Virus record (IMG/VR): IMGVR_UViG_3300030055_000004
DNA length: 64,000 bases
Source: a virus
Lineage: Duplodnaviria > Heunggongvirae > Uroviricota > Caudoviricetes
Strand: one strand, 5' to 3'
In this document: piece after piece, positions 1-10,924 of the stretch
Layout: every line of letters starts with the position of its first letter
Numbering within the stretch: position 1 is the first letter of the stretch
Made by a program: the position numbers and the translations under genes
Notes under the pieces: generated by a model
The model's database searches: none
Told to the model about the DNA's origin: nothing
Seen by the model: the letters and a program-made list of their open reading frames with translations, nothing else

Positions 1-2
1 CT

Positions 3-575
3 AATTATACAGTAGATGATTTAAGTAATGAGGAATTATATAGATATGATTTACAATCTAGATATCCAAATTTATCAGATGAAGAATTAGATGCAAAAAT
101 AGCACAAGAAATACTTCAACCTGATACTTTTACTAAAATGACTGATGCTTTAAGAACAGAATACAAAGGTTTAGAAGATGCACAACAACAAGAATTAGTT
201 GAACAAAAAACACAAGAAAGTGAAAAAACTTATGATGCATTAGTAGAAACTATGGTAAAAGTAGCAGAAAATACTAATGATTTATATAGTTTAGATTTAG
301 AAGATAATGATAAAGAAGAAGTATTATCATTTTTATTAGATAGAGATATTAATGGACAAAGTGAATTTGCTAAATTACTTGATAATCCAGAAGACTTATT
401 TAAGTTAGCTTGGTTTGCAATTAAAGGTGCAGAGGCATTTGATGTAACACATGAATATTATAAAAAAGAAATAGATACGGTTAGAAAGCAGGGTTCTACC
501 AAACCTCCAAGGACAGTGATAGTAAAGTCAGAGGAAAATACAGAAGATACTTATGGTATCTGGGATAAAAAATAA
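3..575 (+). CDS. 5'-truncated acidic helical protein upstream of MCP (possible scaffold; function unknown)
   Basis: Frame open from nt 3 through the 138 ATG to TAA 573-575; position immediately before MCP. Confidence 0.75.
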   Translation, partial: NYTVDDLSNEELYRYDLQSRYPNLSDEELDAKIAQEILQPDTFTKMTDALRTEYKGLEDAQQQELVEQKTQESEKTYDALVETMVKVAENTNDLYSLDLEDNDKEEVLSFLLDRDINGQSEFAKLLDNPEDLFKLAWFAIKGAEAFDVTHEYYKKEIDTVRKQGSTKPPRTVIVKSEENTEDTYGIWDKK

Positions 576-598
576 ATCAATTAAAAAATTAATTAATT

Positions 599-3098
599 AT
601 GGCAATAATTGCTGAATTTACAACAGTAAAACCTGAATTAGCTCACTCTAAAACGTATGAAGATTTTTATAAATTTCTTGGTGCTCGTCCAACTCGTTTG
701 GGTATCGTGTCTAAAATGTATGAACATTTAACTGCTTCATATTTAACAGAAGGACTAGGAAACATTATGTACAATAGTCAAAAAACAGGTTCTAAATTTC
801 AAAAAATCAATTCTCTTATGTTTGAGTGAGAAATTGATGTTAACTTTATCAAACGTATAGAATTTGCAGCTGTTCCAACTGGAAATGGTGCTAATGGTTC
901 TGATATTACCATGCAATTTACAGAACGTTATTTTGAACGTAATGATACTTTCATTATTGAAGAATCAAAACAACAATGTATTGTTATGGAAGCCCCAATT
1001 CGTAAATCAGATAATTTCTGGGAATATTCAGTAAGATTAATCGATTCAACTTATAAAGAAACTTTAGATTTTACATCATGTCAAATTGGTATGACTACTC
1101 GTTTCGTATCTAATATTCAACCAGAATATCATGAAGAAGGTTTTGCTAAATTCCAATCAAATATTGAAAAACATCGTAATTGGATTACTGAACATAGAGT
1201 TGATGTTAATTACTCTTCTCGTTATGCTTTAACCGAAGATGTATTCTTGAAAATCTCTAATGGAGAAGATGGTGGAGCTTACAAAGAAGCAATCTTTAAA
1301 ATGCCTAAAGCAAAAGAACAAGCATTAGCTAGTTTCATGGAAGCTCGTAACAATGCTTTACTTTTACAAAAAGGTACTATGGATGTGAATGGTAAGTCTT
1401 CAATCATTGACAAATTAGGTCGTCCATTGATTGCTGGTGATGGAGCAATCCCTCAAATTAATCGTTTTGCAGGTAAATATAATTACTCTAAATTAAGTGT
1501 AGCTGTATTTAATAAAGCCATTACTACAATGACTCAAAAAGCTTCTTCTCCAGGTGGAAATACATTTGTATTTGTATGTAATGAGGTAGCTTATGCTGAT
1601 GTTCAAACTACATTAGCTGAATACTTAAACAACTTCAAAGTATTAAATTCTTACATCTACTCACAAGCAGAAGGGAAAACTATTAAAGTTGGTGCTACTT
1701 ATAGTTCTTATGAATTCTTAAATAACACAATCGTATTCAAAGTAGATCGTGCTTTATCTCGTGAATATCCAAATAAAGGTTATGCAATCTTAGTAGATTT
1801 AACTGCTGATAAAGCAAGTGGTCAACCAGCATTACAATTATTCTCTTTAAAAGGCGCTGAATTTACAAGTAATACTTTAGCTGGTGTTGGTGGTCTTGAT
1901 GGTGCAACTTCAGGTGTAGTTTCTACTCCAGTTGCAGGTAGCAAATTAATCAATAGTGGATTTGCAGGTATTGGGGTATTTACACCGTATAGAGCGTTCG
2001 TACTTTGTCAATCATAATCAATATAGAAATATTTGATTAAATATCTGATTATAGTAATATTTAAAATATATTCTAAATCATTTTGTTTTACCACATAAGT
2101 TTCGTAACTTTGCATATTATTAAAATAAATATGGAGAAATACAAAATTAAAAATAATCACTATTTATATAAAATTACCAATGTAATAACTAAAGAATATT
2201 ATTTAGGTGTAAGAAGTTGTGATTGTGAAGTAAAAAAAGATAGATATATGGGTTCAAGTCAAGTTTGGACTAAGGAATATATTAAAGATAATAAACAAAA
2301 TCTTAAGAAGGAGATTCTAAATGAATTTCCTTCGAGAGAAGAAGCAGATATTAATGAAGTTATATTATTAAAAGAGAATGAACATAATTCTTTATGTATC
2401 AATATTTTATATGATTCAATTCCTAGTTGGTTGGGTAAAAAACAATCTGAGGAACATATAAATAAACGGAAATTATGTGGTGAAAGAAATGGTATGTTTG
2501 GTAAACATCATACAGATGAAGTTAAATTTCAAATTTCTGAATCACTTAAAGGACGTACTATTACAGAAGAAACTAGAGAAAAGATGTGTAAAGCTCAAAA
2601 AGGTAGAGTAATAACAGATGAAACTAAAGAAAAACTTAGAATTGCTAAAGAAGTTAAGAAATTAATTATAGATACAATTACTAATGAACAATGGGTTATG
2701 GGTTTAAAGTCATTTGCCGCTGAACATAATTTAGTTTATACAAGTTTACGTTATGCTGAAAAAAATAAAACTTTATATAAAAAACGATACAAAGTAGAAT
2801 GCATTAATGATGCGGCCTTCATTGGTAACAATGATTGCAAATTGGGTGAAAACGGGGAATAACCAGAAGTGGTCAATCCCGTCGGAAGTTTGGGAAAACT
2901 AATTAAAGTACCAAAAACCGCTAACGACTAATAGGTGAGTATAGTAAACAATAATCCTAACACGAGTGCCCGACCTCTTTATTTAGAGAGGATGATATAG
3001 TCTGAGCAATGGTATAACAAAAGAAGCCATTGAATTAAGGGATAAAGAGCCTTTAAGATAACAACACTGACAGAAGCTTCGTACTTATGCAAAACTAG
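599..3098 (+). CDS. Major capsid protein, join(599..1988,3070..3098), 472 aa, TGA=Trp at 827-829
   Basis: ORFs 599..829 and 911..2017 are in one frame across a single TGA (MFE-W-EIDVN); crAss MCP-like sequence; splicing gives C-terminus FTP-YRSFVLMQN-TAG, followed by a terminator. Confidence 0.92.
2082..2112 (+). promoter_or_regulatory. Bacteroidota primary-sigma promoter inside the intron, driving the endonuclease
   Basis: TTTG (2082-2085) - 19 nt - TAACTTTG (2105-2112), 18 nt upstream of ATG 2131. Confidence 0.8.
2131..2862 (+). CDS. GIY-YIG homing endonuclease with NUMOD3-type repeats (243 aa)
   Basis: YLYKITN...YYLG and RYMGSS motifs; repeated (H/I)T(D/E)E(T/V)(K/R)xK segments; ATG 2131 after an A-rich leader; ORF ends within the ribozyme core. 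Confidence 0.88.
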   Translation: MEKYKIKNNHYLYKITNVITKEYYLGVRSCDCEVKKDRYMGSSQVWTKEYIKDNKQNLKKEILNEFPSREEADINEVILLKENEHNSLCINILYDSIPSWLGKKQSEEHINKRKLCGERNGMFGKHHTDEVKFQISESLKGRTITEETREKMCKAQKGRVITDETKEKLRIAKEVKKLIIDTITNEQWVMGLKSFAAEHNLVYTSLRYAEKNKTLYKKRYKVECINDAAFIGNNDCKLGENGE

Positions 3099-3126
3099 GA
3101 TTAAGTTTAAATAATCCAAAATTAAA

Positions 3127-3166
3127 ATATAACTGCTACATAAATCGTGTAGCAGTTATATTTATT
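3127..3166 (+). terminator. Intrinsic terminator after MCP exon 2
   Basis: 14-bp stem ATATAACTGCTACA/TGTAGCAGTTATAT, 7-nt loop, T-rich tail. Confidence 0.75.
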
Positions 3167-3230
3167 AGATAATAAAATATAAAAAATAGATATGTAGTTT
3201 AACTACTACTTAAATTAAAAATGAATTAAT

Positions 3231-4046
3231 ATGAATGATAATATTATTATTATAAGAAGTGTATTTGGAAAAGTTGAACAATCATTCTTTATCCAACCAT
3301 GTCCTAATCCAAAAACTGGTCAATTACCTGCACATGTAAAACCAATAAATTCAAATGGGGATATGATTTTATCTGAAAAAGATAGAACTGAGATGAGTCA
3401 AGGTGCAATATTTATTGCCGCTGATGAAGCAATTGAAATAGTTGATGGAACTATGTTCGATTTAGACAATGATTATCAAAAAGCAAGATGGGAAGCTATT
3501 CAATATTCTAAACTGATTGCAAAAGAGAGAACCGCTACTAATGAACAAGGTGAATTCCTTATTGATGGTGGTCAAAAAAGATATGGAATTGCAGATTTAT
3601 ATATACAACGTCCAGGAGAAGATACTAAGATTAAAAATACTAAAAAACGTTTAGTTATTAAAGCTCAAAATTTTGTTTTAGAAGATTCACAAGAAGGTAG
3701 AGTTACAAAATGTAAATTACTTGGTAAAGAAATGGGTAGTGCACATTACAGTGATGTTGAAGATTACTTATTAAGTATTGCAGAAAAAACCCCAAATAAA
3801 ATTATTGATTTGTATACAGGTACAGATACAGAAATTCGTATGTTATTAATTGATGCTTTAAAAGCAGGAGTTATATTAATTAAATCAGGTATTTATACCT
3901 ATGGTGATTATGTAAATCTTGGTGTAACTGAAAATGCAGCTATTGCATGGTTAAAACAACAAGGAAATGCTAAATTAGTTGCAGAAATTAACTCTGAAAC
4001 ATACCCAAATTATAATAAAGTAGAGAAACCAATCTCTAAAAAATAA
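3231..4046 (+). CDS. Conserved crAss-like protein downstream of MCP (271 aa), function unknown
   Basis: Uninterrupted ORF; position in the crAss structural block. Confidence 0.8.
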   Translation: MNDNIIIIRSVFGKVEQSFFIQPCPNPKTGQLPAHVKPINSNGDMILSEKDRTEMSQGAIFIAADEAIEIVDGTMFDLDNDYQKARWEAIQYSKLIAKERTATNEQGEFLIDGGQKRYGIADLYIQRPGEDTKIKNTKKRLVIKAQNFVLEDSQEGRVTKCKLLGKEMGSAHYSDVEDYLLSIAEKTPNKIIDLYTGTDTEIRMLLIDALKAGVILIKSGIYTYGDYVNLGVTENAAIAWLKQQGNAKLVAEINSETYPNYNKVEKPISKK

Positions 4047-4071
4047 TATCATTCATTAACCTAATTAACCA

Positions 4072-5343
4072 ATGACAGCAAACCAAGTATTCGAAGCAGC
4101 TTTAACAGAGGTAAATAAAACTGGTGCTCCAAGTTTATTATTAGAGGATTATAATTATTTTATCAATAAAGCTATTAATGTTTTTATTAATAAAGGTTAT
4201 AATGCTTATGATATAAATCAGCAGAAATCAGATGATTTAAGAGTGTTAAAAAGTACTGCTGTTTTAACTCCAAAATTACAAAATGTATATCCTACTATTT
4301 CTGGTTCGGGGTCAACAGCAGTATCAAATTCTCAATTATTTAAAGCAACATATGAGGTAAATCTGCCAGATGATTATTTTCATATTTTAAATTGTTTAGT
4401 TGAATATAATGTTAAAAAACGATTTAAATGTTATAATGAAGGAACGTATATACAATTTGGGGCTAAACGATTAACAGGGGATATGTGATCACAAGTTATA
4501 AATAATTATTATATGAGACCTACATATAATAACCCCTATTTCTATATTCATAATGTAAATATACAAAATACATTTCCTACACAAGATACTCAAAAACCTT
4601 TAGTAGTAGATAATTTTACTGATATTTCAAATATAGGGCCTTTAACATTGAAAGGATATTATAAAATAAATACTGTAGGAAAAACAAATCAAACTACATA
4701 TTATTATACTTCTGAACCAATTACGAGAAAAATTATTACTGGAACTTTTACAGTAGGAGGACAAGATGTATTATTAAAAACTCCTACTACATATACAAGA
4801 ACTACAGGAAATTTTATTACTGATGGTTTACAAATTAATGATTTGGTATATATAGCAACTGGTGGTCCAGCTTTAACAGCAAGAATACTTGAAGTTACAG
4901 AACTTGTAATTACATTAGATACTTATTCAAATTCGCAAACTACTTTTATAGGTGATATATATGCTTATTTAAATTTAAATAAAGTTGATCCAGATTTTAA
5001 TATGAATTTAGTAGAAAAAGAAGAAGAAATGAGATATGGAAACACTAATGCTGTAAGAATGGAACTTCGTTTTGGAAAAGATGATACTGTTTTTAAACCA
5101 ACAAGTGTTTATGTAGATTATTTAAAAACTCCTCAATATATAAGATTAACACCAGATCAAGTTGATGCAGTAGAAGATACTTCTCAAATATTAGAATTTC
5201 CTGATTATGTAGTTCAAGAAATTGTAAATGAATTAGTTGTTTTATTAATGGAAAATGCCGGTGATCAAAGATTACAAACGACTATTCCTATAAACCAATC
5301 AATAGCTAATCCTGCACAACAACAACCTCAAGGAAAAAGATAA
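4072..5343 (+). CDS. Tail/neck ring-type structural protein (423 aa), TGA=Trp at 4486
   Basis: ORFs 4072..4488 and 4513..5343 in frame across one TGA; Y(V)DYLKTP and EFPDYV..EIVNE segments resemble crAss ring proteins; function inferred from synteny. Confidence 0.7.
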
Positions 5344-5414
5344 GATTCGTACTATTATTTAGTACATTAAAAGATTAAGAGGAAACTCTATTAACAAAAA
5401 TAAAAAAAAACAAT

Positions 5415-6524
5415 ATGTTTCAATTCACAACAGAAACCATTATTAATTCAAATGTAGATTCAAGTGGTGCTACTAAATTTTTCGCAAATGGTAACACTTT
5501 TAGTGTACTACGTGCAGGTAATTATAAATCTTCAGAAGTAGTAAGTGTATTTAAAAATCCTTATTCAGCTGCTGTTAAAGAAACTTTAGTAACTACTATT
5601 ACGGGTAATCCTGTAGTTGGTCAAATCTATCGTTTAGCTTTAGATATTAAATTATCTGGTTCAGCTAATTCAGAATATGCAAATGATTTTGTAGTTCGTT
5701 CAAAAAGATTCTTCTATGAAGTTAAAGCAGCTACAACAGTAGCAGCAGACTTAGCAACTTTATTTACAACAGCTGTATTAAAAGAAGCAACTGTAACTGG
5801 TTTCTCTTTATTTACTGTTAGTAATGCAGGTGCAGTTATAACAATAACTTCAGGTACAGAATATCAACGTTTCAAAAAAGCAGAAATTCAAACTTTACTT
5901 GATGGAACAGTAGTTAACGGAGCAGTTCTTACTGGTTATGATAACTATAATGTTTATCAAGATTTAATTGCAACTGGTGCAGTAACAGCTGGAAAACAAG
6001 GATTTGGTACAACTACATGGTTGACTAAAAACTTACGTTTACCAACTATTGATCGTACTAATTGGACTGCAATTGGTCAAGAAGAACTTCCTGCTGCAGG
6101 TGGACAATATACACAATATTCTATTCGTAGTGCTATCAAACGTAGTGTTACAGGAATGGGAGCAGTAGGTCAAGAAATGACATCTATTGTAACTGCTATT
6201 TTCTATGTATTATCAACTGTAACTACAGCTTTTGAATCAGCTATGACAACTGCTGGATTAACTATACTTAATGCACAACCTGCTACTGGTAATGAATTCA
6301 TTGTAACTACTCCTGATACAACTATTGCTGTAGGAGACTTTACTACTTTAACACCTCAAGGTGCAGTTGGTGCAGTAACTTATGCAGTGTCTGATGCAAC
6401 TAAATTTGCTTCTGTAAATGCTAATGGTGTAACTAGTGTTGCTTTAGCACCAGGCGCAAACATTGTTACAGTTACTGATTCACTTGGAAATACAGGAACT
6501 ATTACAATCAATGTAATTGCCTAA
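5415..6524 (+). CDS. Probable auxiliary capsid protein with C-terminal Ig-like domain (369 aa)
   Basis: MFQFTTETIIN start, highly biased codons, own terminator; last ~75 aa beta-rich (TYAVSD..ASVNANG..G...VTVTD). Confidence 0.65.
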   Translation: MFQFTTETIINSNVDSSGATKFFANGNTFSVLRAGNYKSSEVVSVFKNPYSAAVKETLVTTITGNPVVGQIYRLALDIKLSGSANSEYANDFVVRSKRFFYEVKAATTVAADLATLFTTAVLKEATVTGFSLFTVSNAGAVITITSGTEYQRFKKAEIQTLLDGTVVNGAVLTGYDNYNVYQDLIATGAVTAGKQGFGTTTWLTKNLRLPTIDRTNWTAIGQEELPAAGGQYTQYSIRSAIKRSVTGMGAVGQEMTSIVTAIFYVLSTVTTAFESAMTTAGLTILNAQPATGNEFIVTTPDTTIAVGDFTTLTPQGAVGAVTYAVSDATKFASVNANGVTSVALAPGANIVTVTDSLGNTGTITINVIA

Positions 6525-6549
6525 TATTAACATTTTCTAATCACCACTA

Positions 6550-6586
6550 AATTGCGGGCAGGGAACTTCCTGTTCGCAATTTTTTA
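6550..6586 (+). terminator. Intrinsic terminator
   Basis: AATTGCGGGCAGGG / TTCCTGTTCGCAATT stem with G.U pairs, followed by TTTTTT. Confidence 0.85.
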
Positions 6587-6599
6587 TTTAAATTAAACT

Positions 6600-7268
6600 A
6601 TGATTATACAAAAACAAGCATCTGCAATCTGAAATGATGTAGTAGGTGGATTAGAAGGTTTAAGATCTACTCCTGCAATATCTATGGATCAATTAGAAGA
6701 TGATGTAGTAGATACACGTTTACAAGTTATAAAAGAATATTCTACTAAAAATCTTTTACCTATTAGAGATTTAATGGATTCAATAAATTGCATACAAGTC
6801 GATTGTATGAGTTTAGATAAATGCTGTATTGCAATCAATAATCACAGCAAACCTATCTCTCATTTTGAAATACCACAATTAGTTAATGATTTTGGAGAAC
6901 AAGCAATTGGATTTTTAGGAAGTACAGATAAAATGATACATTTTAAGGCTTATACTAATAGAATGTTTAAATATCATAAAACCAAATTTAGAGGTGCGGA
7001 TAAACCTTATGTTTATATTGAAACTACTCCAAATAAAAATAATTTATATGATTGTTGAATTTTTAATGCTCCTTTATTAAAACAATTAACTATTATAGGT
7101 ATTTTTAAAGATCCTAGGCAAGTAGAACAATATTCATGTTGTACAGAAGATTCTGATAATATGACATTTATAAATAAAGAAGTAAGAAAAAGACTTACGC
7201 AAGAAAAATTATACTACTACCGACAAATGGTAGCTCAACCTCAACCGAATACTCAAGTAGCACATTAA
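6600..7268 (+). CDS. Virion tail hub/ring-type protein (222 aa), TGA=Trp at 6630 and 7056
   Basis: ATG 6600 to TAA 7266-7268 in one frame with two TGA (SAI-W-ND; YDC-W-IFNAP). Confidence 0.7.
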
Positions 7269-7269
7269 A

Positions 7270-7977
7270 ATGGATAATACACTAAACTTTTATACTGCAT
7301 ATTCACATTTATATGATGTATATGGAGTCGAAATAAATGAAGATTTATTTGAGACACTAGGTATGGTGGCTTGAAATAAAATAGGAAATAGGCAATCTAG
7401 AATATACAGTATTCAATTAAAACCAGAACCTAATACAATTGGAGGATGATCTATTGAATTACCTTGTAATGTAGATTCTATAGAAACAGTTACTGCTAAT
7501 TATGAAGATTATCAAAAAACTAGTCCAACTCAAAATTTTCCAGGAATATTAAGTATGCCTACAGAAAATCATATTGAATTTGAAAAATATGGAACAAATG
7601 ATCTTTATATATCAGGAAAATTTTTAAAATATAGACAAGTTGGAAATACTTTAACATTCACAGAACCATATAATGTAGTTAATATATTATATAAAGGAAC
7701 TTATGCAGATGAAGATGGATTACCTTATTTAAATATTAAAGAAGTAGATGCAATTGCTTTATATATTGTATATACTGATGGTTTTAAAAAGGCTAGACAA
7801 ACTCATGATCAAGCTACTCAACAAATGGCTATGCTTGATAAACAGTTATGGGATAAAGCTTGTAGTGCTGCAAGAGTTCCAATGACTATTTCACAAAATG
7901 AAATGAATGAAATTTTAGATGCTAATACATCTTGGAATAGAAAAATGTACGGAAAAAGTTTCAAACCAATTCAGTAG
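7270..7977 (+). CDS. Tail tubular/ring-type protein (235 aa), TGA=Trp at 7372 and 7447
   Basis: ATG 7270 in frame with ORF 7555..7977 (VA-W-NKIGN; GG-W-SIELPC); ends TAG. Confidence 0.7.
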
Positions 7978-8029
7978 TAGTATTAAATGATGAAAATTAT
8001 ATTGAACTTTAATTAAAGAATAAAAAATT

Positions 8030-8455
8030 ATGAATTATGCAACAGGATATGGAATATCTCCTAAAGAATTATATACTACTTTTAAATTAGAAAATATAAC
8101 TACTCCACAATCTCAATTATGAGATAAAAGTAAGAAAAAAGTCTGTGGTAAGATATTTACATATTGTATGTTGCAAATTCTTAATGATATTATAGATAAT
8201 AATGTTATTTTTCAATTACCAGTTAATACTGAAGCATATATTGAAATGACAAGTATTACAGGAGATGATTTTAAAAAGGCTAGACAAAATGGAGCATTTG
8301 AAGATATAAATTTAACTACATCTCATTTTACAGGAAATCAACTTGTCTATAGAGCAAAACGTACTGGTTATTGAAAATTAAAACCTATTAAAGTTAGTAA
8401 GGTTTTAAAAAATAGAATAACTGAGCACACAAATAATGGAAAAAACTATAACTAA
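8030..8455 (+). CDS. Conserved crAss protein, possibly IHF/HU-like (141 aa), TGA=Trp at 8120 and 8372
   Basis: MNYATGY start, one frame to TAA 8453-8455 overlapping the next ATG (TAATG); IHF-like call from recalled crAss synteny only. Confidence 0.6.
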
Positions 8456-9033
8456 TGGTAAAAACAATTGAAGATTATATACAAATAGTTCATAATCAAT
8501 TTCCACAGTTAACAGAGAAAGAAATTAAAAAGATCATTACATTTGGATTTAGAATGTATCACTTTGTAAATAAAATGGGTTGTGATGTTCTAATTAAAGA
8601 TGATATGACAACAAAATATACTATGTTTACTGGGCAATTAGGATATTGCCCTTTAAAACATTATAATAGAGGACTTTTCAAATGAAGAATGAAGGAAAGG
8701 ATGTTATATAGATTAAAGAAGATTGAATGAGATGGTTATTACTATTTTGGGGTTAATGAGGAAAAATATCAGGATATTAATAAACAATTATTGAATAAAA
8801 AGATAAAAAATATAAAAATTGGTAGAACATTTTTCTATAAAGTTTTTAAAGAAATAGAACATGATCATGCAATAAAGCATGTATTTAAAATTAAATACCC
8901 AATAGATTGTGGTTATAAATTTATAATTAATAATTTTATAACTAAAGAATTAGAGTATATTGGGATAAACGAAATAAAAATATGGGACAAGAAACAATCT
9001 CAAGTTTCACTGGTGGACTTATCAGTGACTTAA
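8455..9033 (+). CDS. Conserved crAss protein, possibly IHF/HU-like (192 aa), TGA=Trp at 8683 and 8728
   Basis: ORFs 8455..8685 and 8791..9033 in frame; IE-W-DGYYYFG. Confidence 0.6.
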
Positions 9034-10922
9034 ATCCAATAACTACACCTAAAACAGTACTCACAGATTGTCTTAATGGATCACTTTTAACAATGAATGG
9101 TAATGAACTTATATTACAAAATGATATGGGCAATACTACAATTGGTGATGCTAAATTATCAAATGGATTTATCCCATTAGGTGTTAAAGAATCTGGAGGT
9201 ATTGTTTATATAGTATCATATAGTCCTTCACAAGGTAAAACTGAAATTGGTAGTTTTCCTAGTCCAAATTATTTGGATGCAACTATAATATCAACTACAC
9301 CAGATCCATCAAATATAATTACAAAACAAGTAATTATTCCAGGAGAATTTATACCTAGTACAGATATTAATAATACTGGAAAAACTATTTATCTATCAGA
9401 TCATGAACTTTCTGTTGGAGAACCTTTTATGGTTATATTAAATTTAGATGAAACAACTGAAAAACCATTAATAAGTAATTTAATTGGTAATAGAAATTAC
9501 TACATTCCAAAACTTATAAGTATTACTGCTTCAGGTGAAATAGATATAACTGATAAAGTTTCAATTCAAAAATACTATGATAATAAATCTACAGATAATT
9601 TCTGGTTTTTATCAAAACCTATATCTAATACATTTCAAGAATATATTACAGCAAATTTAACTCAAAGGTATAAAAATATTAAATCTGGAATATTAGGTAT
9701 TAGATTTGATTTAGAAAGTATTGATAAATTTCATATTAAATCAGACAATAATGGAAATTATTTTCCAATTTTAAAATATGTAAATGTAGATCAAAGTTAT
9801 ACAGTAAATTTTGATGGATTTTATATAGAACATCCTAGTTTATTTAAATGTAATAAAATTAGTATGATTTATCATATATATGATAATATAACTGGAGCCT
9901 TAGATTCATCTAATGTATCTAATCCTTTTATAATAGAAAATACAACAACAACTATAGGACATCGATTACTTACTGATAGTAATTCAATTGTTGCAACTAA
10001 TATTGTATCTGATATTAATAATGTAATTCCAAGAAAATTTGAAATAGCTATTCCAAATAAGAATAAAACTATGGAATATACAATAATACCATCTAATTCT
10101 TATTATGATTATGAATTTACAAAATTTATAATAAGTGATAGAATAGATTTATCAAAAGATGCATTAACTTGGGGATTAAAACCTTATTTAGCTCTTATAA
10201 CTGTACCTGATCCTAGTTATGCTGAACTAATTGATGATACCAAACTTAGTACATATTTATTTTTATATAATTTAACACACCCATCTGTAGTTAATAGTAC
10301 TGGATCTACAATTAGTTTAGTAACAGATGCATTTACAATAACAACAATATCTAATATTGAAAAAACTATTACAATTCCTAATTTAGCATTAAATATGATA
10401 GCACCCGATTCAGGTGATTTTACTGGGAGTGTAACTTATTCTTTATTTATAAATAATGATGCACGTTTAATTTTAGCAATGAACACATTTACAGGAGTTC
10501 ATAATGCTAATTATTATAATTTCGGAACCTCCTTTGCATTTCAGGATGATGGAAAAAAAGATAATAGTTATGTTCTACAAATAGATGTAAACTATGATGA
10601 TATTGATTCTACAAATGTAACATCAGAAATGACTCTATCAACTCCTATAAATTTAACTTATGGTAATACATCTGGTTATAAAATACATCCATTAATTGGA
10701 AGTTTTGGTTACTTAAATAACCTAGTTATAAAATTAGATAAAAATAATGTATCTATCATAAATAGTGGGTTAAAACAAGCTATTTATAAATATATTAATT
10801 ATACAGGTGATATAAGTAACTATGAACAAATAGGGACTTTTACAATAAATGATAATAATATTGCTGTATTAACACCACATGAATCTGATTTAATAACAGT
10901 GAGAACTCTAAATATAGTTTAA
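8982..10922 (+). CDS. Tail stabilisation/ring-type protein with long variable C-terminal region (646 aa)
   Basis: N-terminal FTGGLISDLNP..TP..VLTDCLNG..LTMNGNE.ILQNDMGN crAss-like motif; remainder N/I/T-rich. Confidence 0.65.
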   Translation: MGQETISSFTGGLISDLNPITTPKTVLTDCLNGSLLTMNGNELILQNDMGNTTIGDAKLSNGFIPLGVKESGGIVYIVSYSPSQGKTEIGSFPSPNYLDATIISTTPDPSNIITKQVIIPGEFIPSTDINNTGKTIYLSDHELSVGEPFMVILNLDETTEKPLISNLIGNRNYYIPKLISITASGEIDITDKVSIQKYYDNKSTDNFWFLSKPISNTFQEYITANLTQRYKNIKSGILGIRFDLESIDKFHIKSDNNGNYFPILKYVNVDQSYTVNFDGFYIEHPSLFKCNKISMIYHIYDNITGALDSSNVSNPFIIENTTTTIGHRLLTDSNSIVATNIVSDINNVIPRKFEIAIPNKNKTMEYTIIPSNSYYDYEFTKFIISDRIDLSKDALTWGLKPYLALITVPDPSYAELIDDTKLSTYLFLYNLTHPSVVNSTGSTISLVTDAFTITTISNIEKTITIPNLALNMIAPDSGDFTGSVTYSLFINNDARLILAMNTFTGVHNANYYNFGTSFAFQDDGKKDNSYVLQIDVNYDDIDSTNVTSEMTLSTPINLTYGNTSGYKIHPLIGSFGYLNNLVIKLDKNNVSIINSGLKQAIYKYINYTGDISNYEQIGTFTINDNNIAVLTPHESDLITVRTLNIV

Positions 10923-10924
10923 TT

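Larger units (their letters stand above)
1989..3069 (+). mobile_element. Group I intron (IA2-like) with homing endonuclease in loop L1
   Basis: P1: exon CCGU|AU pairs with IGS AUGCGG (2810-2815) with a U.G pair at the splice site. P2 UCAUUG-GUAA-CAAUGA (2819-2834). td-like P4 AAACGGGGAA...AAUCCCGU. P3 UUGGGU/GCCCGA, P7 GACUA/UAGUC, P8 and P9 hairpins. Terminal G at 3069 restores the MCP frame. Confidence 0.92.

Noticed and set aside
2083-2130. TTG 2083 as the endonuclease start
   Set aside because: It overlaps the promoter boxes; ATG 2131 fits better.
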